A DNA stretch of 64,000 bases, taken from contig OZ242311.1 in the NCBI GenBank assembly GCA_965207885.1, forward strand, positions 2,304,001-2,368,000, in the 5' to 3' direction. A program made the translations under genes and the position numbers. The notes under the pieces were generated by a model that was given only the letters and a program-made list of their open reading frames with translations, did no database searches and had not been told where the DNA came from. The stretch is from Candidatus Latescibacterota bacterium. Lineage in GTDB: Bacteria; Latescibacterota; UBA2968. The number at the start of each line of letters is the position of its first letter. Within the stretch, counting starts at the first letter, position 1. Positions 47,080-55,587 of this stretch are shown here, piece by piece.

Positions 47080-48204
47080 ATGAAAATTACGGGGTTTGAG
47101 ACGATTCCCATTCGGGGTCGGGCGATGATTTTGAAGATGTTTACGGATGAGGGATTGGTGGGGTATGGCGAGCCGATGAATTACGAGCATTGGCGGGTGG
47201 TGGCACAGGCTGTAGAGGATATGGCCGAGTACCTGGTGGGCAAAGATCCGCTGAATATCGAAGATCACTGGCAGGCGATGTATCGCTCGAGTTATAGCCG
47301 GAGTATGCCGGTATTGGTCGGTGCGCTGAGTGGGATTGAGATGGCGATGTGGGATGTGTTTGGCAAAATGGTTGGGCTACCGGTCTGGAAACTTTTGGGT
47401 GGGAAAGTTCGCGATCGCATTCGCGTGTACACAGGGACGGGCGGGACGACGCCAGAGGAATGTGCGGAGGCTGCAAGCCAGAAGGTGGCAGAGGGCTTTC
47501 GCGCTGTGAAGATGGGGGCTTCGCCGAGTCCTGTGAGATTTGTCGATACGCCAGAAAAAATAGATTTTATGGTTTCGCGCGTTGCTGCGGTGCGCGAAGC
47601 TGTGGGCTATTCGGTCGATATTGCGGTGGATTTGCACCGGCGGTTGAGTCCGACGATGGCCGCGATTCTGGTGAAGGAGTTGGAGCCGCTGCGTCCACTG
47701 TTCGCAGAAGAGCCGTGTCATCCGGAAAATAACGAGGCGTTATTGGCGCTGTCCCGGGGTACAACTGTGCCCATTGCTACGGGCGAACGGCATTTGACGC
47801 GCTGGGGATTTCGCGAACTCATCGAGCGAGAGATGTGCGCGATTTTGCAACCGGATATTCGCCATTGTGGGGGTATGTTAGAATTGAAAAAGATCGCGGG
47901 GATGGCAGAGATTCACAATATGGCGATTGCGCCTCACAATGCGGCCGGGCCTGTGGGGGTGGCAGCGTCGGTGCATGTAATGGCAACGATTCCAAATTTG
48001 TTGATTTGCGAGGGCGGTCATAACCGTGGAGAAGACTTGTTTAAGACGCCTCTAATTTTTCGAGATGGTTTTATTGAATTGCCAACTGAGCCGGGTTTGG
48101 GTGTGGATATGGACGATGATGCACTCGAGGCTTTGCGCGATGAATCTTATCGCCTGCGCGGGATGTTCTGGCATGAAGATGACGGATCTTTTGCGGATTT
48201 TTGA
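47080..48204 (+). CDS. mandelate racemase/enolase-superfamily acid-sugar dehydratase (galactonate dehydratase-like)
   Basis: TDEG.VGYGE, SGIE.A.WD..GK, LLGGKVRD, DLHRR, EEP, ATGER, QPD, APHN, PGLG. Confidence 0.85.
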   Translation: MKITGFETIPIRGRAMILKMFTDEGLVGYGEPMNYEHWRVVAQAVEDMAEYLVGKDPLNIEDHWQAMYRSSYSRSMPVLVGALSGIEMAMWDVFGKMVGLPVWKLLGGKVRDRIRVYTGTGGTTPEECAEAASQKVAEGFRAVKMGASPSPVRFVDTPEKIDFMVSRVAAVREAVGYSVDIAVDLHRRLSPTMAAILVKELEPLRPLFAEEPCHPENNEALLALSRGTTVPIATGERHLTRWGFRELIEREMCAILQPDIRHCGGMLELKKIAGMAEIHNMAIAPHNAAGPVGVAASVHVMATIPNLLICEGGHNRGEDLFKTPLIFRDGFIELPTEPGLGVDMDDDALEALRDESYRLRGMFWHEDDGSFADF

Positions 48205-48208
48205 GAAA

Positions 48209-49405
48209 ATGCGTTTGGTGAACCTCGTGATTCTATTGCTATTTGCCAGCGGTTATGTGGAGGCGATAGAGAGAGATGTGTCGGCAGTCCGACGGGAATA
48301 CAACGATGTGTCCGCCGCCGTAGATAGTCTCGTGCGGATGATGCAGGTGGCAGATGCCGAGGTGTTGAAGAAGCTGCCCGAGGCGCGTCCCGATCGCGTG
48401 CTGCCCGAGGGAATGACGGCTGTGATGATTTTTTGGGCGGATGACGAAGCGCGGGTTTGGCTCAATGATTTTCCCGTGGGTGAGACCCGGTTGACACCCG
48501 TGGAAGTGACCGTTCCAGATTTGTATTTTCAAGGACAAAATCGCCTGCGCGTGAGGTGTTGGGATACGGATAGGGTAGAGAGTGGTTTTATGGGTGGTTT
48601 GTATTTGAAAGATGGTGTTGGAAGGTTGTACCCCATTGTGGTTTCCAATGGGACATGGGAGACTTCAGGAGGACGGGCAACGGAAATTACTTACGCCCAC
48701 CCGATGCCAGATATTCCCGGCGCGCAACCGATTTGGGGCATGCGCATGTTTGGGTTTGTAGATATGGCTATCACTTTTGACCGCGGTGCGATTGATCGCG
48801 CGCTTGCAGAAAGCGCACCCGCCATATCTAAGGCTGTGCGGCAACAGGCGATGGATTATCACACTTTTGCCCAACAACTCGCTATTTTGCAGGCTCGAAG
48901 AGAAAAGTTAAGAGCAGATTTAGCGCGTGAGGGCAACCTGAGTGTGCCACTTTACAATCGGGAACGCGCCCGTTCTCCATCGCTGACACTGGGAAAAGCC
49001 GCGCCTTTGACCGAAAAACTGTCGACACCAGTGGCAGAAAATGTTCGATCCTGGTCGGAGAAGTTGCCGGCGGTGCAGCAGCAGTTGATTTATCCAGACC
49101 GCCGCGCGTTAAAAGGAGAAGGTGCTGTAACTGCGACCACTGGTGATGTGGTTCCCACCGCGAGTGACCGCGGTAGTCGCGAGCAGGCGTATCGCCCTCC
49201 TGATGAACGCGGTGGGATAAAAAGTGAAACAAAAGATGAGGGCGTCAATGCGCAGGTGCAGCCGCAGGGGATGAGACGCGGTGGTGCGGGTGGTCAGTCG
49301 AATCAGGCCACGCGATTGGGATTGTTGTTGCCCACGCTGATAGTGGGAATTTATGTGTTGTATGTGGCCATACGCTGGCAATCGTTAATGGGAGAAAACG
49401 GCTGA
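48209..49405 (+). CDS. exported protein: signal peptide, lectin-like beta-sandwich, coiled coil, low-complexity linker, C-terminal membrane anchor
   Basis: MRLVNLVILLLFASGYVEA signal; ADDEARVWLN...N.L.V..WD...G....L...IVVSNGTW; C-terminal LGLLLPTLIVGIYVLYVAIRW. The lectin-like call is by resemblance only. Confidence 0.55.
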   Translation: MRLVNLVILLLFASGYVEAIERDVSAVRREYNDVSAAVDSLVRMMQVADAEVLKKLPEARPDRVLPEGMTAVMIFWADDEARVWLNDFPVGETRLTPVEVTVPDLYFQGQNRLRVRCWDTDRVESGFMGGLYLKDGVGRLYPIVVSNGTWETSGGRATEITYAHPMPDIPGAQPIWGMRMFGFVDMAITFDRGAIDRALAESAPAISKAVRQQAMDYHTFAQQLAILQARREKLRADLAREGNLSVPLYNRERARSPSLTLGKAAPLTEKLSTPVAENVRSWSEKLPAVQQQLIYPDRRALKGEGAVTATTGDVVPTASDRGSREQAYRPPDERGGIKSETKDEGVNAQVQPQGMRRGGAGGQSNQATRLGLLLPTLIVGIYVLYVAIRWQSLMGENG

Positions 49406-50163
49406 TGTACGGATTACACTGGTCTGAATCGTTATCATTGGTTCTTTTTTGGGTTGTGTGTGCTATAGCAGGTGCATTGATATTGATGCAACGCTTAAGT
49501 GCTATTTGTGGTTACGAAAAACAATTTGGTCTGCCGGAGTCCAATTGGTCTGGTGCGATAATAGGTGGATTGAGCGGCGCTGGTGTGGCGAGTATTGGTA
49601 TTTATTTTTATTTTTTTGCGCCAGCAGCCGCGAGTTGGGTCGAGTGGACGGGGCGTTCGGCTTATGTGCTCGTTTTGGGCAGTTCGGCAGCGCATCTGGT
49701 CATATTTATTCATTTTTGGCGACGGTTGGGTGCAGAAGGTGCGGATACAGGTAATTTGACTGCATTGCGCCAGGAGCAGGTGGATAATTTTCGCCAGAGC
49801 CACGAGAATTATGCGGACTTAAAGGCGCGCGATGACGAGGCAGTAGATGAGTTACTCGCTGTGTTTGGCGAGCGGTTGTTGTCCGGGCAGCGGGCTTTGA
49901 GTCGCATTCCGTTTTATGGGTATTTGGGGACTGTGTGCGGTATTTTGCTGATGGCCCAAGAACTGACCCGGCTGGATGAAGCGACCGAGACGTTTAAGGT
50001 GTTGCGCGATATGGCAGGTGGATTGGTGCTGGCATTTCAGACAACGCTCGTCGCCTTGCTGGCCTATTTGCCGCTTCGAAAGGGCTATGATATGTTGCTG
50101 AACCGCATGTCTGATCTGGAACGCAAATGGTTGGATATGCGCGAAGGGGAGAAAAGAGGGTGA
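49405..50163 (+). CDS. MotA/TolQ/ExbB proton-channel family protein with extra N-terminal helices
   Basis: IPFYGYLGTVCGI (cf. P..GLLGTV.G) and LVLAFQTTLVAL (cf. AL.TT..GL). TGATG overlap with the upstream gene. Confidence 0.8.
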   Translation: MYGLHWSESLSLVLFWVVCAIAGALILMQRLSAICGYEKQFGLPESNWSGAIIGGLSGAGVASIGIYFYFFAPAAASWVEWTGRSAYVLVLGSSAAHLVIFIHFWRRLGAEGADTGNLTALRQEQVDNFRQSHENYADLKARDDEAVDELLAVFGERLLSGQRALSRIPFYGYLGTVCGILLMAQELTRLDEATETFKVLRDMAGGLVLAFQTTLVALLAYLPLRKGYDMLLNRMSDLERKWLDMREGEKRG

Positions 50164-50582
50164 GACGACGTTTTTTACAGCGCGCGGTGGGCGAGGCCGA
50201 AGCGCACGACGTGAGCAAAGAGTTGTTCCTGGGCATTATGATGTTGATGCTGTGCTTGGGGATTATGATTTTGAATGTGTCACAGCCCGTGTGGCGCGTC
50301 TATCACCACGATCCAGAACCAGGGGATGTGGTGATTTTATATACTTCCAGAGGTCTGGCGTTTTCGGAAGATGGGCGGTCTGCAACACGCAGTTTGGGAC
50401 CGGGCGAGTTTCGCAAGACAGTAAATGATCTGGTTGCTGAACCCAATCGGCATTTGCATCTTTTTCTAAAGGGGGGTAGCCGAGAGCGTATGGTGAATGA
50501 CGCGGCTTATGCAGATTCTCTATTGTCTGCTGGCACAGCAGGCCAAAAGGTGCGCCCCGCCGTATATGTGCATCTGTGGTAA
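50160..50582 (+). CDS. ExbD/TolR-like single-pass partner protein
   Basis: GTGA overlap with the ExbB-like gene, basic N-terminus, one hydrophobic helix preceded by an acidic residue (KELFLGIMMLMLCLGIMIL), ~100-aa soluble domain. Confidence 0.55.
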   Translation: MRRRFLQRAVGEAEAHDVSKELFLGIMMLMLCLGIMILNVSQPVWRVYHHDPEPGDVVILYTSRGLAFSEDGRSATRSLGPGEFRKTVNDLVAEPNRHLHLFLKGGSRERMVNDAAYADSLLSAGTAGQKVRPAVYVHLW

Positions 50583-50606
50583 ATCGCAAAATTTCAATAC
50601 TAAACA

Positions 50607-50637
50607 AAAACCCCGGTAGTTGTATCACCGGGGTTTT
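50607..50637. terminator. bidirectional intrinsic terminator
   Basis: AAAACCCCGGT-agttgtatc-ACCGGGGTTTT perfect stem between convergent genes. Confidence 0.8.
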
Positions 50638-51178
50638 AATTTTCTTTTTCGCGTTCATCTTTGTATTTCTGCATAAAATACTTAAAAGAGTTATTTTTAC
50701 TCGACGCCGTTTCTCGATCAAATAGCTTCATGATCTCTTGCATAAAATCTATTCTTGAAACGAATTTCTGTGGCATCATACGGTTAAACTGTTCTTTTGA
50801 AATACGATCTGTGTTCTTAATTGTTCGTATATCAATTTCACTACAAGAATCATCATTTAGACCTGCGAGATACCAGCTTTCTATTTCCCGACACACGACC
50901 AAAATTCGATCTTCTGATAGCTTCTTAAACTGGGATGTAATCCGCTCTTTCTTGGCTGTGATACACGGAGAATCGTCCATGTCAGCTACAAAAATGTAAT
51001 CGGCCTGCATCGCATGGATGCTATTCAGAAAACCATTTACCTTTTTTAATTTCTGCTGACTATACTTCCATATCTGAACGTGATCACAAATTTGTTCATA
51101 CAGGGGTATGATTACGCGATCAAAGAATCGCTCATCGTCGTCTCCTTCTACGAGAATAAAGAGCCTCTGATACGCCAA
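50636..51178 (-). CDS. small TOPRIM-like putative nuclease (DUF4276/DUF4435/RloB-like)
   Basis: LFILVEGDDDERFF, FVADMD, REIESWYLAG. TTG start after GGAGGT at the end of the ATPase gene. AT-rich. Confidence 0.72.
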   Translation of the reverse strand: MAYQRLFILVEGDDDERFFDRVIIPLYEQICDHVQIWKYSQQKLKKVNGFLNSIHAMQADYIFVADMDDSPCITAKKERITSQFKKLSEDRILVVCREIESWYLAGLNDDSCSEIDIRTIKNTDRISKEQFNRMMPQKFVSRIDFMQEIMKLFDRETASSKNNSFKYFMQKYKDEREKEN

Positions 51179-51179
51179 T

Positions 51180-52412
51180 CTATACCTCCAACAAGTTCTG
51201 GATAAATAGATCGTCAATGCCTATATCATTTTTTAAGAAAATTTTGATTTCATCACTATCTGCTGGCTTTGTTATTCTGGAAAATCCTTCATCGTCTCTC
51301 GTTATGAGCAAGAGATTCTCCAAATCCGCGTGTTTAACCATTTCTGGATTATGAGTTGTTGCCAGTATCTGTTTACTGCTCGATGCCTCCCTGAACATGT
51401 CCATCACCCTTGAGATTAAGTAAGGATGGACATTCCTTTCAGGTTCTTCTATGATGACTGCCTGTTTCTGCTGGAAGTAGAGCGTAATGATTAAAGCTAT
51501 AATATTGACAGTGCCATCAGAAATCAAAGAGGCTGGTAGCCCTTCCTTTTTAGCATACTTTTCATGTAGCCTGAAGAATATGGATTTATCTACTACCCTT
51601 TCCACATTTATATCGTGAATGAATGGCAAGATATCCCGAAGTAAATTGAGAAATCTTCGTCTATCTTCTTCTATCCTCATGATATTGTTCAGTACTATGG
51701 TGAGATTGCTACCATCCATCTCCAATTCTGACAGACCTGTAATGGGTACAGGTCTCTTGGATAATTTGGGTTCAAAGTCATAGATACCGATATTTCTAAA
51801 TCCATTCAAAGCTGATTGTAGGAACACACCAGCAAAAGGTGACTCAATCAAGAGTGGTATTTCATTATCCAAAGGCGGTTCCTTGGTAATTAACAGATCT
51901 TCCAAGAATGGAGGTATATCCATATCGGGATTATTTAAGTCTATATTTAGTTCGCCATTAAGACTGGAATATTTGATGTTAAATTTTTTTGAATTATTGG
52001 GTTTTTTTTCTTCATAACAGCTCAATGTTATTTTGTCTTGATCAATAGTATATCCAAATTTTCGTGTATGGAATTTTAAAGAAAACTCATAGTCTATTTT
52101 ACGAATTTTGAATGAAGGAGATTCCCGACGGTGCCCAATCCAAAAACCCTTAGATTCACCCTGCATAACTACGCGAAATGAAAGGGGCTGGGACTGTGTG
52201 ATCTTTATATTTTGTAGATACTCTACTCCACCCTGAAGTGAGATGGCATTTTCCAATCCGTGATTAACAATATCTCTCAAAAATTGGAAGGCTTGAACGA
52301 GGTTAGATTTTCCCGAGGCATTCGTTCCAACCAGTAAGTTGAAGTCGTTCAAGTGAATAGATTGGTTATCGAAACTCTTAAAGTTTGATATTTCAATTTT
52401 TGTAATTTTCAT
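51180..52412 (-). CDS. ABC/AAA_21-type ATPase of OLD/PARIS-like systems
   Basis: ISNFKSF, Walker A GTNASGKS, signature SDGT, Walker B/D-loop IEEPERNVHP, H-loop TTHNP. No membrane segments. AT-rich. Confidence 0.88.
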   Translation of the reverse strand: MKITKIEISNFKSFDNQSIHLNDFNLLVGTNASGKSNLVQAFQFLRDIVNHGLENAISLQGGVEYLQNIKITQSQPLSFRVVMQGESKGFWIGHRRESPSFKIRKIDYEFSLKFHTRKFGYTIDQDKITLSCYEEKKPNNSKKFNIKYSSLNGELNIDLNNPDMDIPPFLEDLLITKEPPLDNEIPLLIESPFAGVFLQSALNGFRNIGIYDFEPKLSKRPVPITGLSELEMDGSNLTIVLNNIMRIEEDRRRFLNLLRDILPFIHDINVERVVDKSIFFRLHEKYAKKEGLPASLISDGTVNIIALIITLYFQQKQAVIIEEPERNVHPYLISRVMDMFREASSSKQILATTHNPEMVKHADLENLLLITRDDEGFSRITKPADSDEIKIFLKNDIGIDDLFIQNLLEV

Positions 52413-52505
52413 ATTGGCAGCCTTGTAAGAATAGGCTTGATCTATTTTACCACACGGCCTTGTCCCTATCTGCGAAAAAGATTTTTACAGCAATATTTCG
52501 CTTGT

Positions 52506-53276
52506 CTATTGAACACAGCTTTTGAGGGTGCGGGCGAATAAGTCGAGGACCGCACCCCAGGATTTTTCGGCGGCGTCTTCGTGGTAGTGCGTTAAACGCT
52601 GGGGAAAGAAATAGCCGTGTAGCGCGCCGTGCATAAAGTCGATGCGATGTGGGACGTCACAGCGGGTGAGTTCGGTTTTGTAGAGTTGTAAGTGTTCTTC
52701 GGTCGCTCCGGCATCCTGATCTGCCCAGCCAAAGTAGCCTTCGGCTCTGAGTTTGGGTATGGCGAGATGGGGTGAGTCCAGTGCATCGGTGACGAGTTTG
52801 CCGCCGTGAATGGAGGCAAAGGCCAAAACGTGATCGGGATACGTTGCTGCTGCAAAGAGGGCGTGGCGGCCGCCCATACAGGTGCCGATAGTGCCGACCC
52901 GTTGGGCATTGGCTTGAGATTCTTCATTGTCGAGGTGGCGAAGCAGTGCGCCCGTGTCGTCGATGACCATGGCATTGGTCGTGCTGGTGTTGAGGTTCAT
53001 CGGGTGCAGGGGATCCGTTTTTTCGAGATTGAGACCGCCGATCATGAATTTTTCGGGGTTGTAAGACGGGTTGTCCATGCGATAAAATAGGGAGGGGAGT
53101 ACGGTGTAATATCCCGCGCGAGCAAAACGACGGCACATGTTTTTCAATTCGTCGCGAATGCCAAATATGTCAAAGTAGAAGATGACAGAGGGATGCGGTC
53201 CTTCGCCTTCTGGATGAAAGACATAGGCGGGCATTATACCGTCTGAAGTCGCAACTTCAATGGTTTTTTCAATCAT
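52506..53276 (-). CDS. dienelactone hydrolase family protein
   Basis: DIFGIR, GTCMGG (Cys nucleophile), HGG, ADQD, HGY. Start MIEKTI after AAGGA. Confidence 0.88.
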   Translation of the reverse strand: MIEKTIEVATSDGIMPAYVFHPEGEGPHPSVIFYFDIFGIRDELKNMCRRFARAGYYTVLPSLFYRMDNPSYNPEKFMIGGLNLEKTDPLHPMNLNTSTTNAMVIDDTGALLRHLDNEESQANAQRVGTIGTCMGGRHALFAAATYPDHVLAFASIHGGKLVTDALDSPHLAIPKLRAEGYFGWADQDAGATEEHLQLYKTELTRCDVPHRIDFMHGALHGYFFPQRLTHYHEDAAEKSWGAVLDLFARTLKSCVQ

Positions 53277-53348
53277 CGCGTTTGTCCTTTTTATCCAAAA
53301 AGCCGCACAAAAGCGGCTTTGGTGTTGTGCTGTTGTGTCTCGGACACA

Positions 53349-53377
53349 AATATAGCCCTGAAACGTCCGCTTGTCTA
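53349..53377 (-). promoter_or_regulatory. sigma70-type promoter for the dienelactone hydrolase
   Basis: Minus strand TAGACA-17 nt-TATATT. Confidence 0.55.
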
Positions 53378-53500
53378 TTGAAAGTCTCACATGACGTATA
53401 TTTTTGCTGAAAAATTTTTTAGGATTATATTAGGGGTTTCATAAATCAAAAATCCACTTACTTATCGCGGCCAACGCCGCTTTATTTAGGAGAGTCGTTT

Positions 53501-55483
53501 ATGTTGAGCCGTATATTTGCAATTGCACTCGTCGCCGCTGCATTGTGGCACTGTGGTGGCGAGCGCGTCACCCAATCTCAGATTACAGATACTGGCGAAC
53601 CGGTCACAAGGCCCTTGAGCAAATTGGCTGCCGCCGGGCACGCCTTTGTGGTTCTTGCCACCGTGCAGCAAGACGATGCGCCCGTAAGCGGTGTGGTGGT
53701 CGAGCTTTCGCGTTCTGTTGCCGGGCGTGTGGCCGAGTATGAATGGTCTGCGACCACCAGCGACGAGGGACAGGCGCGGATAGAAATTACCTCAGACAGC
53801 GGGTATTATCAAGCCCGCGCCCTGCAAGATGGCAGCGAGATCGGGCATTGGTCGAGCATTCCGCTGAATGCCGGCTACGAGGTCAGGCTCGACTTGCCCA
53901 TTGGCGAGAGGGCACGCATCACGTCTTCTGAGCCACTGGAAACGACCCCCGCGGATGAAGCGGCTGCGGCACGGACGAGGGCCTTTTTGGAAGCGGCTAT
54001 AGCCCGCTACCAGCGCGATGGGCGGGAAGCCACGCTCGCCTACTACGATAGCAAGGAAAGCATTGAGGGCGATCTCGTGCTGCTTGTCATGGCCCAAGGC
54101 GACCACACCATCCTGGCGTTAGCTACATGGTCCGGGGGCGTAGGGTCTAATTGGGCTACCCACCCCCGTACCTCTTTTGGACAGCACATAGCGCGAGCGA
54201 CCGAAGATGGCTATTGGTTTAAGGAGGATAGATACAATATCCTCACCGGCCGGTTAGAACTGGGATGGTATCTCGCAATTTTGCACGATGGTCTCGTCTT
54301 TACAACTGCACATGTGATTTTACCCGATGAACTCGCTACCATTGCACAGGAATACGTGCAAGAGGCAATATCTTACTACAATAGCGAAGGCAGAGACGCA
54401 ACAGTTGCGTATTACAACTCACTGCCAAGCATTGACAAACAGTTCTACCTCTTCCTGATTGACGAAAACGACCTCTACATCGCACATCCAATTTTTCCCC
54501 ACCTCAAAGGCACGGACATCAAAGACGTGGTCGGCTCCAACGGCTACGAGTTGGGCAAGGAAATCGCCAAAGCCACCGAAGAAGGCCACTGGGTGCAATA
54601 TCTCTGGCCGAATCCCGTCACATATCGGGAAGAACCGAAAGCCGCTTGGGTTATCCGCTACGACGGTCTCATCTTCGCCTCTGGATACTACAACCCGGAT
54701 GATCAGACCGAGCGGCCCGCTTGGTACTATCAAGGTCCCGAAGATTACACGGTGGCATACGTGAACAAGGCGATAGCCCGTTATCAGCGCGATGGCCGCG
54801 AATCTATGATCACCTTCTACAACAGCGTGGGCAGCTTTGAGTATCAATGGTATCTCTTTGTGATTGACGAAAATGACTTCTACATCGTCCATCCCATCTT
54901 CTCCGAGCTCATCGGCACAGATATCAAAGACGTGGTCGGCTCCAACGGCTACGAGTTGGGCAAGGAAATCGCCAAAGCCACCGAAGAAGGCCACTGGATC
55001 GATTACCCTTGGCCGCATCCGCTTACCTTGCAAGAAGCCCCCAAAGCCGCGTACGCCATTCGCTACGACGGTCTCATCTTCGTCTCCGGATATTACAAGA
55101 ATCCCGAAGATATGGAGGCTCACACAATCGCGTACGTGGAAAGGGCGATAGAATACTACAAACGAGAGGGCCGCGATGCGACTGCGACGTACTACAATAG
55201 CCGGGAGAGCATCGATGGGCAGTGGTTCCTGACCCTGGTTGATGAAAACGACCTCATGCTCACGTATCCTATCTTGCCACACCTCATAGGGTCTGACGTC
55301 AAGGCTGGGAGATCGCCAACGGGCTACGAATTTGGCAAGGAAATCGCCAAAGCCACCGAGAAAGGGCAATGGGTCAAATTTCCGTACCCTCTCCGGTACA
55401 CTGCCGAAGACGATTTCTTAAACATCTGGTTCATCCGCTATGATGGTCTCATCTTCTCCTCGGGTTACTTATCGAGTGAGTAG
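53501..55483 (+). CDS. probable lipoprotein with an N-terminal Ig/carboxypeptidase-regulatory-like domain and four tandem single-Cache-like domains
   Basis: Signal ending ALWH-C18. Four repeats of A.V..AI..Y..EGR.A...YYNS...YLF.IDEND...HP...G.D.....G.E.GKEI.KATE.G.W..Y..P.....K..W.IRYDGLIF.SGY. No transmembrane or signalling domain. Confidence 0.75.
   Translation: MLSRIFAIALVAAALWHCGGERVTQSQITDTGEPVTRPLSKLAAAGHAFVVLATVQQDDAPVSGVVVELSRSVAGRVAEYEWSATTSDEGQARIEITSDSGYYQARALQDGSEIGHWSSIPLNAGYEVRLDLPIGERARITSSEPLETTPADEAAAARTRAFLEAAIARYQRDGREATLAYYDSKESIEGDLVLLVMAQGDHTILALATWSGGVGSNWATHPRTSFGQHIARATEDGYWFKEDRYNILTGRLELGWYLAILHDGLVFTTAHVILPDELATIAQEYVQEAISYYNSEGRDATVAYYNSLPSIDKQFYLFLIDENDLYIAHPIFPHLKGTDIKDVVGSNGYELGKEIAKATEEGHWVQYLWPNPVTYREEPKAAWVIRYDGLIFASGYYNPDDQTERPAWYYQGPEDYTVAYVNKAIARYQRDGRESMITFYNSVGSFEYQWYLFVIDENDFYIVHPIFSELIGTDIKDVVGSNGYELGKEIAKATEEGHWIDYPWPHPLTLQEAPKAAYAIRYDGLIFVSGYYKNPEDMEAHTIAYVERAIEYYKREGRDATATYYNSRESIDGQWFLTLVDENDLMLTYPILPHLIGSDVKAGRSPTGYEFGKEIAKATEKGQWVKFPYPLRYTAEDDFLNIWFIRYDGLIFSSGYLSSE
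54518..54997 (+). repeat. identical 75-bp intragenic direct repeat (54518-54592 and 54923-54997)
   Basis: ATCAAAGACGTGGTCGGCTCCAACGGCTACGAGTTGGGCAAGGAAATCGCCAAAGCCACCGAAGAAGGCCACTGG occurs twice, with a shorter third copy near 55334. Confidence 0.9.
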
Positions 55484-55502
55484 ATAAGTGCCAAATACGC
55501 CA

Positions 55503-55541
55503 AAACGCCGTGCAGAAAAATTTGCACGGCGTTTGTTTTTT
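55503..55541. terminator. intrinsic terminator
   Basis: AAACGCCGTGCA-gaaaaatt-TGCACGGCGTTT followed by GTTTTTT. Confidence 0.85.
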
Positions 55542-55587
55542 AGCCGCGAAAAGATGCACTCGCGGCTTTTGTTATATGGCTATTGGA

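Noticed and set aside
49405-52412. MotA-like + partner + adjacent nuclease/ATPase considered as a Zorya system
   Set aside because: No long ZorA tail and no OmpA-like ZorB domain; the ATPase/TOPRIM genes are convergent, compositionally distinct and separated by a terminator.
54518-54997. Intragenic repeat pair considered as a diversity-generating retroelement TR/VR
   Set aside because: The copies are identical rather than differing at adenines, both are in-frame coding, and no reverse transcriptase is present.
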